Virus record (IMG/VR): IMGVR_UViG_3300009151_000035
Coordinates: 64,001-128,000 of that record
DNA length: 64,000 nt
Direction: 5' to 3' (one strand)
Source of the DNA: a virus
Part shown: positions 10,723 to 20,852 of the stretch, one piece after another
How the letters are laid out: each line of letters opens with the position of its first letter
Position numbering within the stretch: position 1 is the stretch's first letter
The notes under the pieces: generated by a model
Database searches by the model: none
Told to the model about the DNA's origin: nothing
What the model saw: only the letters and a program-made list of their open reading frames with translations
Made by a program: the position numbers and the translations under genes

Positions 10723-11202
10723 TTACTGCGATACTTCAACACTGCGTTCCACAGAAACCAGTTTTTGTTGAACAGCATCAATGTTCACAGTGTTCCACAA
10801 ACCAGGATGCATGGGCTTGGGCCATACTCCAGCTTGAATCCACGCATGTCCAATGTGTTCGTCATTCAGCACCGGCACAAATTCCGCATCCAACACACAT
10901 ACCCAAGTGTGATATTCAAAAACACCATCTGCTGATGTAAACTTTTCTAGCGGTACAAGTCTGTGATATTCTGGAAAATGACCCAGTTCCTCAATACATT
11001 CTCTTTCCATGCCACCCAACAGCGTTTCGCCAGATTCAACTTTACCTCCGGGCAGTCCCCAGGTTTCTGGATGTTTTGCATCGTTGCGCAAGAGATACAG
11101 GTAACGGCCTGTACTCCGGGATAAAAACCAAACACCCACAGCCTTTACAGTACTAGACTCCAGGCTCCAGGCGGGTAGACTCCTTGATAACTTTTTATCC
11201 AT
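10723..11202 (-). CDS. NUDIX hydrolase (true start uncertain; overlaps the gp15 3' end)
   Basis: Nudix box GGKVESGETLLGGMERECIEELG; LNDEH motif. Confidence 0.9.
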   Translation of the reverse strand: MDKKLSRSLPAWSLESSTVKAVGVWFLSRSTGRYLYLLRNDAKHPETWGLPGGKVESGETLLGGMERECIEELGHFPEYHRLVPLEKFTSADGVFEYHTWVCVLDAEFVPVLNDEHIGHAWIQAGVWPKPMHPGLWNTVNIDAVQQKLVSVERSVEVSQ

Positions 11203-12563
11203 TGTTCACCAGTCCATTCATATTGTGTACCAGTAGTTATGTTTGTAACATACTGAGCAGCAGTTTCGTCAGCACTCACAAACACCACACGCCAGCGTGT
11301 GCCGTTCCACTCAATGATGTCATTGGCATAGGCAATTAGTGGTTGACCACCTGTGCCATCCCAAGAATTAGGATTGTCCACATTGTCCCAGTTGCCAGTA
11401 TCTTCAGTTAGCAAATATCTAACGCCTGTAACAGGTGCAGGCAACCCGGCATTTGGTCCGCTCGCAAGAGGATTTATAATGGCGTCAATAGGTGCCAGTG
11501 TGTTCTGTGGTGCCGTATCTGAATCAGGAGTAAAAATTACCAGTCTATCATCGTCGGGGTTGATAATAATAGTTCCAATGATTGGGTTAGCAGTGTCTGG
11601 TGCCGCAATAGGTGGGCGGTTCAGTCTAATTTGGCTGATACCAGGGCGTAACACGCCATACGCTGAAATCACAGCAGGCCACAACAGCGGCGAGTCTGCC
11701 ACGATAGCAGTGGGATCTAAATCTTCATAACCGCCATTGGGCACAATTGTGGGATTGTACAACACTTGAATTTGATTGTCAATCACAACTAGTTTGTAGT
11801 TCCACGGTGTGAACATTTGTCTTGTGCCCAGCAATAAGTCATTGTTGGTAATAGCATCAGCAGCATCACCTTGTGCATCAAATATGCCGGCAATGATACG
11901 TTCCACCACGCCCAGCTTCTTGATCTTGGCCGGAGAGGAAATCCATATAGGCATGGAGAATTTGATGCTGGCAATGTCAATGGGATTTTCTGTGCCCTGC
12001 GGAATGACTCTTGAACTCCAGCTTAATGAATCCAAATACATCACACTCAAACTTGACCAGTCAATGTAGTTGTCTGTGCTTTGTAGTTCTAGCGAAGGAT
12101 TGAACAGGGTCAAAATTTGCTCGAATAACTGCAATTTCTGATTGGTGTTTGATGTCCAAATATCCAGTGTAATACTCAGTTTATATGGCACAGGCATCAG
12201 TCGTTCAATGGTAAATGCATTGCCTTGTGTGGTTTCGTATGTTTCTGTTTCTGTATCATAAGTGCGTTGACGCACACTAAATCTATCCACAAAGGTAGGA
12301 TCTTGTATTCTTGGACGATCATATTCAAGATTGTTGATGTAAAAGGTCATTAGCGGAGTTGATGGCAATGCACTGGCTGAGTTTTCTTGAATGATAGTTT
12401 GTGCATTACGACTGGCATCACCATACCGCACAGGCACACGCAACAGAGTGGCTTTGTTTACGCCATCAGTTTCGTTGCCGTACTCAATTTGGAACCCTGA
12501 AAAGATTCTGGTAAATTGCAGCAGGAACCTGCGTATTTGTGCGTCGTAAAAAAATTGTTGCAT
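11145..12563 (-). CDS. gp15: Tail terminator/sheath stabilizer (T4 gp15-like) with C-terminal extension
   Basis: FFYD.QIRR...F...F, RVPVRYG and PVPYKLSITLDIWT......LQLFEQILTLFNP motifs; adjacent to gp14. Confidence 0.8.
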   Translation of the reverse strand: MQQFFYDAQIRRFLLQFTRIFSGFQIEYGNETDGVNKATLLRVPVRYGDASRNAQTIIQENSASALPSTPLMTFYINNLEYDRPRIQDPTFVDRFSVRQRTYDTETETYETTQGNAFTIERLMPVPYKLSITLDIWTSNTNQKLQLFEQILTLFNPSLELQSTDNYIDWSSLSVMYLDSLSWSSRVIPQGTENPIDIASIKFSMPIWISSPAKIKKLGVVERIIAGIFDAQGDAADAITNNDLLLGTRQMFTPWNYKLVVIDNQIQVLYNPTIVPNGGYEDLDPTAIVADSPLLWPAVISAYGVLRPGISQIRLNRPPIAAPDTANPIIGTIIINPDDDRLVIFTPDSDTAPQNTLAPIDAIINPLASGPNAGLPAPVTGVRYLLTEDTGNWDNVDNPNSWDGTGGQPLIAYANDIIEWNGTRWRVVFVSADETAAQYVTNITTGTQYEWTGEQWIKSYQGVYPPGAWSLVL

Positions 12564-12565
12564 GT

Positions 12566-13924
12566 TTATCTTGAAAAAGGTGGTGGTGGGTTAGGTGGCA
12601 AGAAGCCACCTTGATCACCATTGTCTGCTCGGGGTTTGAGAGCCTGACTCAAACTTTGACGCTGTGGTATAGCACCCAAGTCAGTAGTATTGGTAGTGTA
12701 TGTATTGTTCACAAAGCCCGAGCGTTGAGTTTGATTGACGGGCCCATTGTCCAAATTGGTGCGTACTTTTTCTTCAATCTTGATCCACATGCGACCGTTG
12801 AAACGGAACAATCTATTAGGCTTATAATCTAATCTCAAACAGTAATCTCCGGCTACAGGGTCGGGAGGAAAACTCACACCCGGAGTAACAGGCAAGCCAT
12901 TAGGTGCTTTACCATCACCGGTGAGATATCCTGCGGTATAACCATCTGCTCTTGGGGTAACATTCATACCACCTTGTGTGCCATCTACTGTGGTGCCGCC
13001 CATGGTATACAAACTGGTTGGGTTAGCAGGTTGTCCATCTTCTGTTGTGGCCACAACATAAAACTTTTCAACGTCATATCCGCTGAGTGGAACTTCCACA
13101 TTGGCCTGAGCCAGTATGTCATCATTGATCTGTTGATCTTTGGGTCTGGTACTCTGCATGTCAGAGATTGTGGGCGGAGTATATGGAGCCCAAAACTCAG
13201 TGTTGGTAATGTCTGTGCCAGCAGGTGTATTTTTAATAGCACGATAATAAACATCGCCGTAGTTTACAATGCTGCCACCAGGATAGAAATCACCCGGATC
13301 CCAAATGTACTCGGCCACAAATGGCTTATCCAGTATGTTGTTGTATTCTTGTGCGTTGGTAAGTGGTGTGGCTTTGATACGCCATAAGTGTGGCAACCAA
13401 GTTTGACTGAATCCTTCTGACGCAAAGTTAGCATCCTGGATCACATAGTATCTGGGCAAGGCCAGTGGCAAGGCAGCGTTTAGGGGGTTGTAATCTTTCA
13501 AATTTGGCACTTCAATCACATCACCGTTCATGAGCTTGCGACCAAATGTGTCAATCATGTCGTTATAGTGAAAGGTCACAAACAGCGTGTCTGAGTTCAG
13601 AAACAATCCAAACTGGGTCAAGTCAAAGTCCACATCCTGCACACGATACACACCACGCATGACGTAGATGTCTGGATCATAGATTCTATCACGGTTTTCT
13701 AGCAACAGCAAGTCTTGAATATTCAAGGGACTTTGCGTGTCGTAAATGGGTTGAGTGACATCATAGTTGCCACTCAGTGCAGAGTCCTCACCACCAGTTT
13801 GTGGACCCATGTACTTGTGAACATAGATATCCAATCCGCCCACAGTGTACATTTCACTGATGGTACGGTCAAAAAATTGATAGTCTCGTGTGCGATTTGG
13901 GCGGTATAAACTTAGGCGTGGCAT
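12566..13924 (-). CDS. gp14: Neck/head-closure protein (T4 gp14-like)
   Basis: DYQFFDRTISEMY..GG.DIYVHKY and LTQFGLFL..DTLFVTFH motifs, GDVIEVP; upstream of gp15. Confidence 0.7.
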   Translation of the reverse strand: MPRLSLYRPNRTRDYQFFDRTISEMYTVGGLDIYVHKYMGPQTGGEDSALSGNYDVTQPIYDTQSPLNIQDLLLLENRDRIYDPDIYVMRGVYRVQDVDFDLTQFGLFLNSDTLFVTFHYNDMIDTFGRKLMNGDVIEVPNLKDYNPLNAALPLALPRYYVIQDANFASEGFSQTWLPHLWRIKATPLTNAQEYNNILDKPFVAEYIWDPGDFYPGGSIVNYGDVYYRAIKNTPAGTDITNTEFWAPYTPPTISDMQSTRPKDQQINDDILAQANVEVPLSGYDVEKFYVVATTEDGQPANPTSLYTMGGTTVDGTQGGMNVTPRADGYTAGYLTGDGKAPNGLPVTPGVSFPPDPVAGDYCLRLDYKPNRLFRFNGRMWIKIEEKVRTNLDNGPVNQTQRSGFVNNTYTTNTTDLGAIPQRQSLSQALKPRADNGDQGGFLPPNPPPPFSR

Positions 13925-13930
13925 AGTGTA

Positions 13931-13936
13931 TATTTA
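13931..13936 (-). promoter_or_regulatory. Late-type promoter TAAATA, 6 nt before the gp14 ATG
   Basis: Minus strand reads ATAAATA-TACACT-ATG. Confidence 0.6.
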
Positions 13937-13944
13937 TGGGCAGG

Positions 13945-13973
13945 TTGACCAATAATTCACAACCTGTTATACT
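13945..13973 (+). promoter_or_regulatory. Sigma70-like early promoter (TTGACC-17-TATACT)
   Basis: TTGACCAATAA repeat family; 17-bp spacer; TGn extended -10; ATG 13980 lies 6 nt downstream. Confidence 0.8.
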
Positions 13974-13979
13974 TTGGGC

Positions 13980-14255
13980 ATGAAAGTAGTTAAACTCAAC
14001 CGCAGATTCCGCCAATACAAAAAACACGGGCATGTGATTGCTGTGCGATGTGATAGTTGGCTTGGGGAAGGCGTTCCTCTTGAAAAAATATGCGATACCA
14101 AACTGGGAGCCCGGGGTTTCATGCCCCACAATGACTGGCATGCATATTTTGGCAAGGCTAATGGGCACGGTCGTCGCCCGTTTTGGATCACATTCCGCCG
14201 GGAATCAGATCTTACTTTAGTACTACTTTCTGCCCAATTGACCAATAATGCCTAA
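13980..14255 (+). CDS. Hypothetical early protein (basic, about 91 aa)
   Basis: ORF directly behind a consensus promoter; ATG 13980 preferred over TTG 13974. Confidence 0.6.
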   Translation: MKVVKLNRRFRQYKKHGHVIAVRCDSWLGEGVPLEKICDTKLGARGFMPHNDWHAYFGKANGHGRRPFWITFRRESDLTLVLLSAQLTNNA

Positions 14256-14266
14256 CGTGCTATAAT
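14238..14266 (+). promoter_or_regulatory. Sigma70-like early promoter (TTGACC-17-TATAAT)
   Basis: TTGACCAATAA...TGCTATAAT with a 17-bp spacer. Confidence 0.85.
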
Positions 14267-14293
14267 ACACACTTGTTCACTACAGGAGCCTGT

Positions 14294-14584
14294 ATGCAAA
14301 AGGCAGCAAATTTTGTTGCAAAGTACTCTACTGCCAACAAGTCCAAAGCAGTCGTGCCTTATGACAAAATAAAAGCTACAGAAAAATGGCTAGAGTACAG
14401 CCTGGACATTGTTGACATGAATAAAATTTTGATGAAGTCAGATTTTAACACCAAATGGCAATTGATGGAGGCATTAGACATTGCAGAACGCAAACGCAAA
14501 TACATGTACAATCACAAAAACTTTGAACTCAAACGTGCCCTGCGTTTGTTTGACCTCTGCCGAGATTTAACTGCAAATAAGTAA
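14294..14584 (+). CDS. Hypothetical protein
   Basis: AGGAG SD before ATG 14294 (ORF track starts at TTG 14273). Confidence 0.6.
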   Translation: MQKAANFVAKYSTANKSKAVVPYDKIKATEKWLEYSLDIVDMNKILMKSDFNTKWQLMEALDIAERKRKYMYNHKNFELKRALRLFDLCRDLTANK

Positions 14585-14592
14585 GGACACAC

Positions 14593-15726
14593 ATGAGCAC
14601 CACATTCAAAATCAAACTGCTAAACCCCCGCAGTTCCGACACCAACATCTTGGGCATGGAGCCAACCTGGCAGGTCCAGCCCACTGAGTATCGAATAAGC
14701 AGACTTAGCAAAGCGTTCTCCTGGTACAACTATTTCTACGGCAAAAAAGATGCCAGGGACATGATTGTGCATTACTTGGAAGCACATGACCGCCGGGCAG
14801 ATGTGCGACTGCTAAAAGGCATTCCAGACTCGGCAATTCGACTGACCACAGGTTGGTTGTGCCGCATGAGCATGGTGGGCTTGGAACTACATGACACAGA
14901 ACAGCTCAAATTGCAAAACCAATTGAGAGAAATTTTAGACAGCAAGCAGGCCGAAGTCGCAGAAGTCACAGAAGAGCCTGCTGTGGCCAAGCCCAACATC
15001 CAGGACCGACTGCGCGAAAAAGCGTCAGAGTGCAATGGTGAACTGGATGGCATGTTTGACGAGTTTATGTTAAGTGGCGCCAAAATGACAGCAGACTTTA
15101 AGCCTGTCACAATCATGCGTGGCCTCAATGTAGCACCACAAATGATCAGCCAAATTTTGGACAACTGGAAACGCAAACTGTTAGAGTTTGAAGCAGTGGC
15201 GGAAGGCAAGGATGCTCAATTAGTTGAAGCCTACAGCTATCTCTCCAAAATTCAACTGCGCAATGTGATCAAGTTTTGCGAAGCTGTTGTAAACGACTGC
15301 GGTGCTTATGTACAGATTAAAAAAGTGGAACGCAAGCCACGCAAGGTTAAGGCAGTGCCACCAGAGAAACGTGCGGCCAAGTTCAAGATGCTGGCAGAGT
15401 TTGCAGAGCTCGAGCTCAAATCATTGCCAGCCGCAAGCCTTGTGGACAAGGCAGAGGCCTGGCTGTATGACAGCAAAAAACGCAAGCTAATTCACCTTGT
15501 GGCAGACAGCCACACACAGGCATTCACTGTAAAGAACAACTCCGTCATTGGGTTCTCAACAGTAGAAACAGTACAAAAGACTCTGCGCAAACCAGCAGAA
15601 CAGCTGAAAGGCATTGTGGGTGTAGGCAAGCCAGCCGCTCGCAAAGCGTTCAAAGATATCAAAGCCACCGAAACTGCATGGAACGCTCGTGGCACAGAGA
15701 ACTTGATCATACTTAAGAGCTGGTAA
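14593..15726 (+). CDS. Conserved hypothetical protein of large T4-like phages
   Basis: 377-aa ORF with SD AAGGA; C-terminal KKRKL...VK...IGF.....KTLRKP.EQL motif recalled from myovirus hypothetical proteins; function unknown. Confidence 0.65.
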   Translation: MSTTFKIKLLNPRSSDTNILGMEPTWQVQPTEYRISRLSKAFSWYNYFYGKKDARDMIVHYLEAHDRRADVRLLKGIPDSAIRLTTGWLCRMSMVGLELHDTEQLKLQNQLREILDSKQAEVAEVTEEPAVAKPNIQDRLREKASECNGELDGMFDEFMLSGAKMTADFKPVTIMRGLNVAPQMISQILDNWKRKLLEFEAVAEGKDAQLVEAYSYLSKIQLRNVIKFCEAVVNDCGAYVQIKKVERKPRKVKAVPPEKRAAKFKMLAEFAELELKSLPAASLVDKAEAWLYDSKKRKLIHLVADSHTQAFTVKNNSVIGFSTVETVQKTLRKPAEQLKGIVGVGKPAARKAFKDIKATETAWNARGTENLIILKSW

Positions 15727-15734
15727 ATACTGGC

Positions 15735-16697
15735 ATGCATGCTATTCCAGACGAGGATCCTGGCGATCCTCGTGTTTTCGTTCCCAATGTTGAATTTTAT
15801 ATAACCAATGTTTGCAATTTAACTTGCACTGATTGCAATCGATTCAACAATCATAATTTTCGTGGCTGGCAAAATTGGAATGATTATGCCGAGCAGTACC
15901 AACAATGGGCCAAGTATATTAAATTACAACGCATAACTATTCTTGGCGGAGAACCATTATTAAATCCTACCATATGCGATTGGATTGATGGCATCAATCA
16001 ACTGTGGGGCAAGACAGTGCAGGTGCTTACAAATGGCACGCGGTTGAATCATGTTCCAGATTTGTATGATCGCATGATCAAATTCAATGATCCAGTGTTG
16101 GTTTGTAAAAAAAATTGGATTGGTATTAGTTTACACAATGAAAACGACAGACAACGTTGTTTTGCTGAAATACAAAAGTTCCTTAAAGGTACAATCACTT
16201 ACTATGCAAAAGATCATCCAGACAACGTAGACAACAGCGCCACTTATGGCGCAGATCATGCATTTATAGACAGCAATGGAATGAGAGTGCATGTATGGGA
16301 ATATAATTCTTTTTACAAGTCTGCAATACAAAGAAATGCTCAAGGCAGGCTCAATTTATGGAACAACGATCCAGAAGAGGTGCACAGATATTGCGGATTT
16401 GTGCAGTATAAATGTTATCATTTTATAAAAGCCAAACTCTACAAATGCGGACCAGTTGCACTATTTCCCGAGTTCGATCAACAGCATACGTTGAATATAT
16501 CAGATCAAGATCGAGATTTGATCAATAGCTACCTCCCACTTAGTGTGGATCAGTTTGAACAGAGAGGTCAAGAATTTTTAGATCATATAGATGACATGAT
16601 CCCTCAATGTAAATTTTGCCCCACTGACAAACAACTTTCTGGTAAAAAATTATTTGCAGTGAGCAAAAAAATTAATTCAGTCAGCGGGTTTGACTAA
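15735..16697 (+). CDS. Radical SAM enzyme with C-terminal Cys-rich (twitch/SPASM-like) domain
   Basis: CNLTCTDC, LGGEPLL, LTNG; C-terminal C...C..LYKC...CKFCP. Confidence 0.9.
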   Translation: MHAIPDEDPGDPRVFVPNVEFYITNVCNLTCTDCNRFNNHNFRGWQNWNDYAEQYQQWAKYIKLQRITILGGEPLLNPTICDWIDGINQLWGKTVQVLTNGTRLNHVPDLYDRMIKFNDPVLVCKKNWIGISLHNENDRQRCFAEIQKFLKGTITYYAKDHPDNVDNSATYGADHAFIDSNGMRVHVWEYNSFYKSAIQRNAQGRLNLWNNDPEEVHRYCGFVQYKCYHFIKAKLYKCGPVALFPEFDQQHTLNISDQDRDLINSYLPLSVDQFEQRGQEFLDHIDDMIPQCKFCPTDKQLSGKKLFAVSKKINSVSGFD

Positions 16698-17364
16698 CGT
16701 GAAAAAAGTATTGTTGACTTTTGGCGATAGTTGGCCCCAGGGAGCCGAGCTCGGAGATGGAAAACGATACGGTGAAATTTTACAAGAACAAATGGGGTTT
16801 GACGAGTTCTATAACTATGGCCGTGGTGGCACCAGCAATGAACACATGTTGCAACAGTTGCAAAAATATCTTGATGAACACCACAGAGCAGATCACAAAA
16901 CAACTGCAATTTTTTTCTTAACCAATCCGCATCGCACAGCATATTGGCCCCAAGACTCGGATTTTAACATACACGGTTCTGCTCGACAGCATTGGAATGA
17001 TGATGCCAAAAAAGTGTTTATGCAAACATGGTTGCATTTTCACACAGAAGAAGTAACTGTGATGCGATCAAGTCTGAGTGTATGTGCATTGCAAACATGG
17101 TGTAAACACAGTGGCATAGAAGATTATTATTTTTCAGGATGGGTAAAGTATCCTACTTGGTTGCCATTTGTAAATGCCGATAAAATCTATGCTGGAGGAC
17201 AAGAAACTGCGGCTGATTGGTTTGGTGCTCTTGACCACAACGGTGACAGTTTATACAATGTAGAGGATAATCCATACATTCGCCCAAATTTTTGCCATCC
17301 AAATCAATTAGGGCATCAACACATAGCTGACCGATTGCAGAGCTGGATGCAATCTAAACAATAA
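16690..17364 (+). CDS. SGNH/GDSL-like esterase or acyltransferase
   Basis: FGDSW, GRGGTSN, C-terminal HPNQLGH. Confidence 0.7.
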   Translation: MTNVKKVLLTFGDSWPQGAELGDGKRYGEILQEQMGFDEFYNYGRGGTSNEHMLQQLQKYLDEHHRADHKTTAIFFLTNPHRTAYWPQDSDFNIHGSARQHWNDDAKKVFMQTWLHFHTEEVTVMRSSLSVCALQTWCKHSGIEDYYFSGWVKYPTWLPFVNADKIYAGGQETAADWFGALDHNGDSLYNVEDNPYIRPNFCHPNQLGHQHIADRLQSWMQSKQ

Positions 17365-17385
17365 ATACAAGGACACGGAGTCCCT

Positions 17386-18153
17386 ATGGCAGAACAGCAA
17401 GACACACTATCTCAGCTCAAGCAAAATCTCATTGAGTATGTACAGCTTCAGCTGGGCAGCCAAATCATTGATTTGGAATTGGATCCAGCACACTACGAAG
17501 CCGCATATACCAAAACAATTGGCACTTACCGCCAACGAGCACAAAATGCCTACGAGGAAAGCTACAGTTTTTTCACCTTGGTGAGGGATGAAAACATCTA
17601 CACATTGCCCCAAGAAGTTGTGAGTGTGCGACAGTGTTTTCGCAGAACGTTTGGTGACTCAACTGGACCGTTTGCCAGCAATTTTGATCCGTTTGCACAG
17701 GCCAGTTTGAACGTTTACCTGATGAATTTCAATGTGGCTGGTGGTCTTGCCACATATGATTTTTACAGTCAATATGTTGAGTTAGCTGGACGTATGTTTG
17801 GTGCATACTTCAACTACACATTCAATCCTGTCACAAAGAAATTGCAGTTGATCCGCGATCCCAAGAATACAGGTGAAGCTGTGCTGATTTGGACTTACAA
17901 TTTGAAACCAGAAATCAATCTCTTGAGTGACTTTCAAATATCACAGTGGATCCGTGATTACATGGTAGCCAACTGCAAGATGATTATTGGTGAAGCCCGT
18001 GAAAAGTTTGGCACTATTGCCGGACCACAAGGCGGTGGTACCCTAAATGGCACTGCTATGAAAGCCGAAGCCAAGACAGCCATAGACGAGTTGTTAGGCC
18101 AGTTAGTTAACTATGTAGATGCCAGCCAGCCCTTGACTTGGGTGATTGGTTGA
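17386..18153 (+). CDS. gp13: Neck protein (T4 gp13-like)
   Basis: LIEYVQLQLGSQIIDLELD, WIRDY..A.CK.IIGEAREKF, GPQGGGTLNG motifs; preceded by TAAATA and SD GGAG. Confidence 0.85.
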   Translation: MAEQQDTLSQLKQNLIEYVQLQLGSQIIDLELDPAHYEAAYTKTIGTYRQRAQNAYEESYSFFTLVRDENIYTLPQEVVSVRQCFRRTFGDSTGPFASNFDPFAQASLNVYLMNFNVAGGLATYDFYSQYVELAGRMFGAYFNYTFNPVTKKLQLIRDPKNTGEAVLIWTYNLKPEINLLSDFQISQWIRDYMVANCKMIIGEAREKFGTIAGPQGGGTLNGTAMKAEAKTAIDELLGQLVNYVDASQPLTWVIG

Positions 18154-19280
18154 TGAATTTTTATCATCGTGACATTGATTGGGTAGTTTCCCCAGATTTT
18201 GATTTAGAAACTTGCGTTGATCGAACTATACGTGCTTGCCAGGGACACAATGCAAAGTTGATGATTGCCATGTTGTTCTGGGAGCCACACGATATGACTC
18301 CAGAAATTGAACGCAAGATACAATATCTAGTGACTCAACTCAAACTGAACGGAATAGACACAATCGGATTAATGCATCACAGTTATGGTGACTTTGCCAC
18401 AGTGCCATTTTTAGAACTGGTCAAAGTTGATTGGTGTTTATGGAAGACTTGGAATCTTATTAAAGTACATAAAGTCAGTGAGCAAAACTTGCACTGGAAC
18501 AATCAAGCTGACAAGTTTTTATTTCTCACTGGCAAGCCTTACAGAATCAACAGAGCAAGATTGTTATGGAAATTAATTGGTGCCGGTCTTAAAGACCGCA
18601 TGGTTTGGAGTTTGTTTTGTCATGATGACAGCGATTTTGATTTTACACACACTCAGTTTCCAAACTTTTCGAAAGAACAATTGAGAATTTGGATTGATCA
18701 GCATCTGAGCAATCCAGACAATATTGAACTAGCAATTAGAGATACCCCTTCGTTAAGTGCCCACTATCAGGGATTTCCTTACGACCCTAAATTATTTGCC
18801 GACACACTATTTCGTCTAGTGTCGGAAACAAGTTGTCGAAATGAAAACGAAATATCAAGTTATTTTCGGCACTATCCCACTGAAAAATTTTACATCACGG
18901 CGTTTAATTCCCAACCTTGGATTTTGGCTGCTGACCCAGGACTATTGAGTTATTTAGAAAATGAAGGATATGATGGATTTCGTTGGGCACTAAGTGAACC
19001 ATACGATCATATATTACCTCAACAGTCAAGGATAGATGCAGTTGTGAGGTGCACCAAGTCTTGGGTAGAATCCGGAATCCCTGATCATGATCGAATAAGA
19101 AAAAGTGTAGAACACAATGCCAGGCATGTTGAAAGTCTAGCACTAAAACAAAGAGATGCATTAGACTCTGTTAATCAACGATACCGTTTAGGGCTTTCAG
19201 AGTTGACAGATCTTTTTCCCATACTTGATCGTGATCCATATGTGGAAAAATATCACGGATTTACCTGGGAATACCTGTAG
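18153..19280 (+). CDS. Putative glycosyltransferase (GT10/GT-B-like)
   Basis: KFLFL.GKP.R..R, LVSET...PTEK...P.I.....G....L...GYD, similar to the GT10 nucleotide-sugar binding motif; TGATG overlap with gp13. Confidence 0.5.
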   Translation: MNFYHRDIDWVVSPDFDLETCVDRTIRACQGHNAKLMIAMLFWEPHDMTPEIERKIQYLVTQLKLNGIDTIGLMHHSYGDFATVPFLELVKVDWCLWKTWNLIKVHKVSEQNLHWNNQADKFLFLTGKPYRINRARLLWKLIGAGLKDRMVWSLFCHDDSDFDFTHTQFPNFSKEQLRIWIDQHLSNPDNIELAIRDTPSLSAHYQGFPYDPKLFADTLFRLVSETSCRNENEISSYFRHYPTEKFYITAFNSQPWILAADPGLLSYLENEGYDGFRWALSEPYDHILPQQSRIDAVVRCTKSWVESGIPDHDRIRKSVEHNARHVESLALKQRDALDSVNQRYRLGLSELTDLFPILDRDPYVEKYHGFTWEYL

Positions 19281-19306
19281 ACAAGTTTAGAAATTTAGTC
19301 TATAAT
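19278..19306 (+). promoter_or_regulatory. Sigma70-like promoter (TAGACA-17-TATAAT), leaderless to ATG 19313
   Basis: 17-bp spacer; the -35 overlaps the TAG stop of the upstream gene. Confidence 0.7.
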
Positions 19307-19312
19307 GTTGTT

Positions 19313-19834
19313 ATGGACTTGATGATTGATCTTGAGGGCTTGGGAACAGGCCCTGACACTACTATTCTTACCATTGCCGCCCAGGCATTTGATCCTTTTG
19401 GCTCTGGTTATTATGAGCAATCATTCTACGCCAGAGTCACACTGGAAAGCCAAGAAACTCGTAGCATACAGCAAGGCACCATAGAGTGGTGGGCCACACA
19501 ACCTGCTGTGGTGCGTGACGAAGCATTTGCTGAAGAAGATCGCATGCCCTTGGATGAGGCTCTAGACGGATTAGGCCGACTGATCTGGCATGCCAAGCGT
19601 ATTTGGGCCCAAGGTCCAACATATGACATGAATATACTGGAGCATGCTTACAAGAGCTACAACAAACCCTTGCCCTGGCAATATTACATGGTGCGTGACA
19701 GCCGTACAGTGTTCTCACTGTGGCCAGACCAGCCCTTGCCTCCTACCACACACCATGCGCTAGAAGACTGCCGCAGACAAATTGGCATGTTACAAAATAC
19801 ACTTAAATACCTCAAAGTTCAGGAGTTGAAATGA
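19313..19834 (+). CDS. DEDDh 3'-5' exonuclease (DexA/Rv2179c-like)
   Basis: MIDLEGLG, WAQGPTYD, RDSRT and HHALED motifs. Confidence 0.85.
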   Translation: MDLMIDLEGLGTGPDTTILTIAAQAFDPFGSGYYEQSFYARVTLESQETRSIQQGTIEWWATQPAVVRDEAFAEEDRMPLDEALDGLGRLIWHAKRIWAQGPTYDMNILEHAYKSYNKPLPWQYYMVRDSRTVFSLWPDQPLPPTTHHALEDCRRQIGMLQNTLKYLKVQELK

Positions 19835-20493
19835 TCATTGGCATCTGTGGATTCATTGGGTCAGGCAAAGACACTATTGCTGACTATCTGGTAAATTTGC
19901 ATCACTTTCGTAGAGAAAGTTTTGCTTCGACACTAAAAGATGCTGTGGCACAAGTGTTTGGCTGGGATCGAACCATGCTGGAAGGACGCACAAAACAAGC
20001 TCGTGAATGGCGCGAGCGTGTGGATCCGTGGTGGGCAGAACGCCTGGGTATGCCCACACTAACACCACGTTGGATCTTGCAATACTGGGGTACAGAAGTG
20101 TGTAGAGCAGGATTCCATGATGACATCTGGATTGCCAGCTTGGAAAACAAACTGCGTCACAGCCAAGATGATGTTGTGATATCAGATTGTCGTTTTCCTA
20201 ACGAAATTTTAGCTATCAAGAATGCTGGCGGTCGTGTGATCCGTGTGGTGCGTGGGCCTGAGCCAGCATGGTACAACTCGGCAGTGAGTGTCAATCGTGG
20301 TGCCAATGGCAATTCAACTTGGGCTCTTAGTCAGCGTAAATTAGAAAAACTAGGCATCCATGCGTCAGAAACTGCATGGGTAGGAACTGAGTTTGATGCT
20401 GTGATAGACAATAACAGCACCCTTGATGACTTGTATCAGCAAGTTAAAAATCTGGTTCAAGATCGCCCTGTCGCCATGGAAGATCGCTCTTAG
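19831..20493 (+). CDS. gp1: Deoxynucleoside monophosphate kinase (T4 gp1-like)
   Basis: IIGICGFIGSGKDT P-loop, FASTLKD, TPRWILQYWGTE, VISDCRFPNE, HASE. Confidence 0.9.
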   Translation: MIIGICGFIGSGKDTIADYLVNLHHFRRESFASTLKDAVAQVFGWDRTMLEGRTKQAREWRERVDPWWAERLGMPTLTPRWILQYWGTEVCRAGFHDDIWIASLENKLRHSQDDVVISDCRFPNEILAIKNAGGRVIRVVRGPEPAWYNSAVSVNRGANGNSTWALSQRKLEKLGIHASETAWVGTEFDAVIDNNSTLDDLYQQVKNLVQDRPVAMEDRS

Positions 20494-20788
20494 ACAGTTC
20501 TACTTCACAGTTTCTACAAACTGATTTGAGATTCTTGAGTCCAGTATTGTTTAGGTCTCCATCTGTGTGATACACAAAAATTTGTGCTGCATACTTGGCT
20601 CGAAATCCACAACGATCACAGCTCATTTTTTTCTTGTAGCCTGCTGATTTCCAGCGTGGCTCTCTGGGTTTTAACCCACGCCCTTTCCTAGCACAAGTCT
20701 CACACCTTGATCGATAGTGTGTGATATCCTCACGAATATAGTTTACAGCACAGGGGCGTTGATGGCAGGCTTGACAAATGGGTCTCAT
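20444..20788 (-). CDS. Zn-finger/HNH-like protein (possibly catalytically degenerate)
   Basis: Four CxxC pairs; VYHTDGDLNN..LKNL..VCRNC resembles an HNH motif; TAAATA lies 4 nt upstream. Confidence 0.65.
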   Translation of the reverse strand: MRPICQACHQRPCAVNYIREDITHYRSRCETCARKGRGLKPREPRWKSAGYKKKMSCDRCGFRAKYAAQIFVYHTDGDLNNTGLKNLKSVCRNCEVELSKSDLPWRQGDLEPDF

Positions 20789-20852
20789 ACGGTATTTAGC
20801 GGCACGGACCTTTGGTAAAGGTATTCAAAACGGCTGTTTTTTTCAAGGTCTC

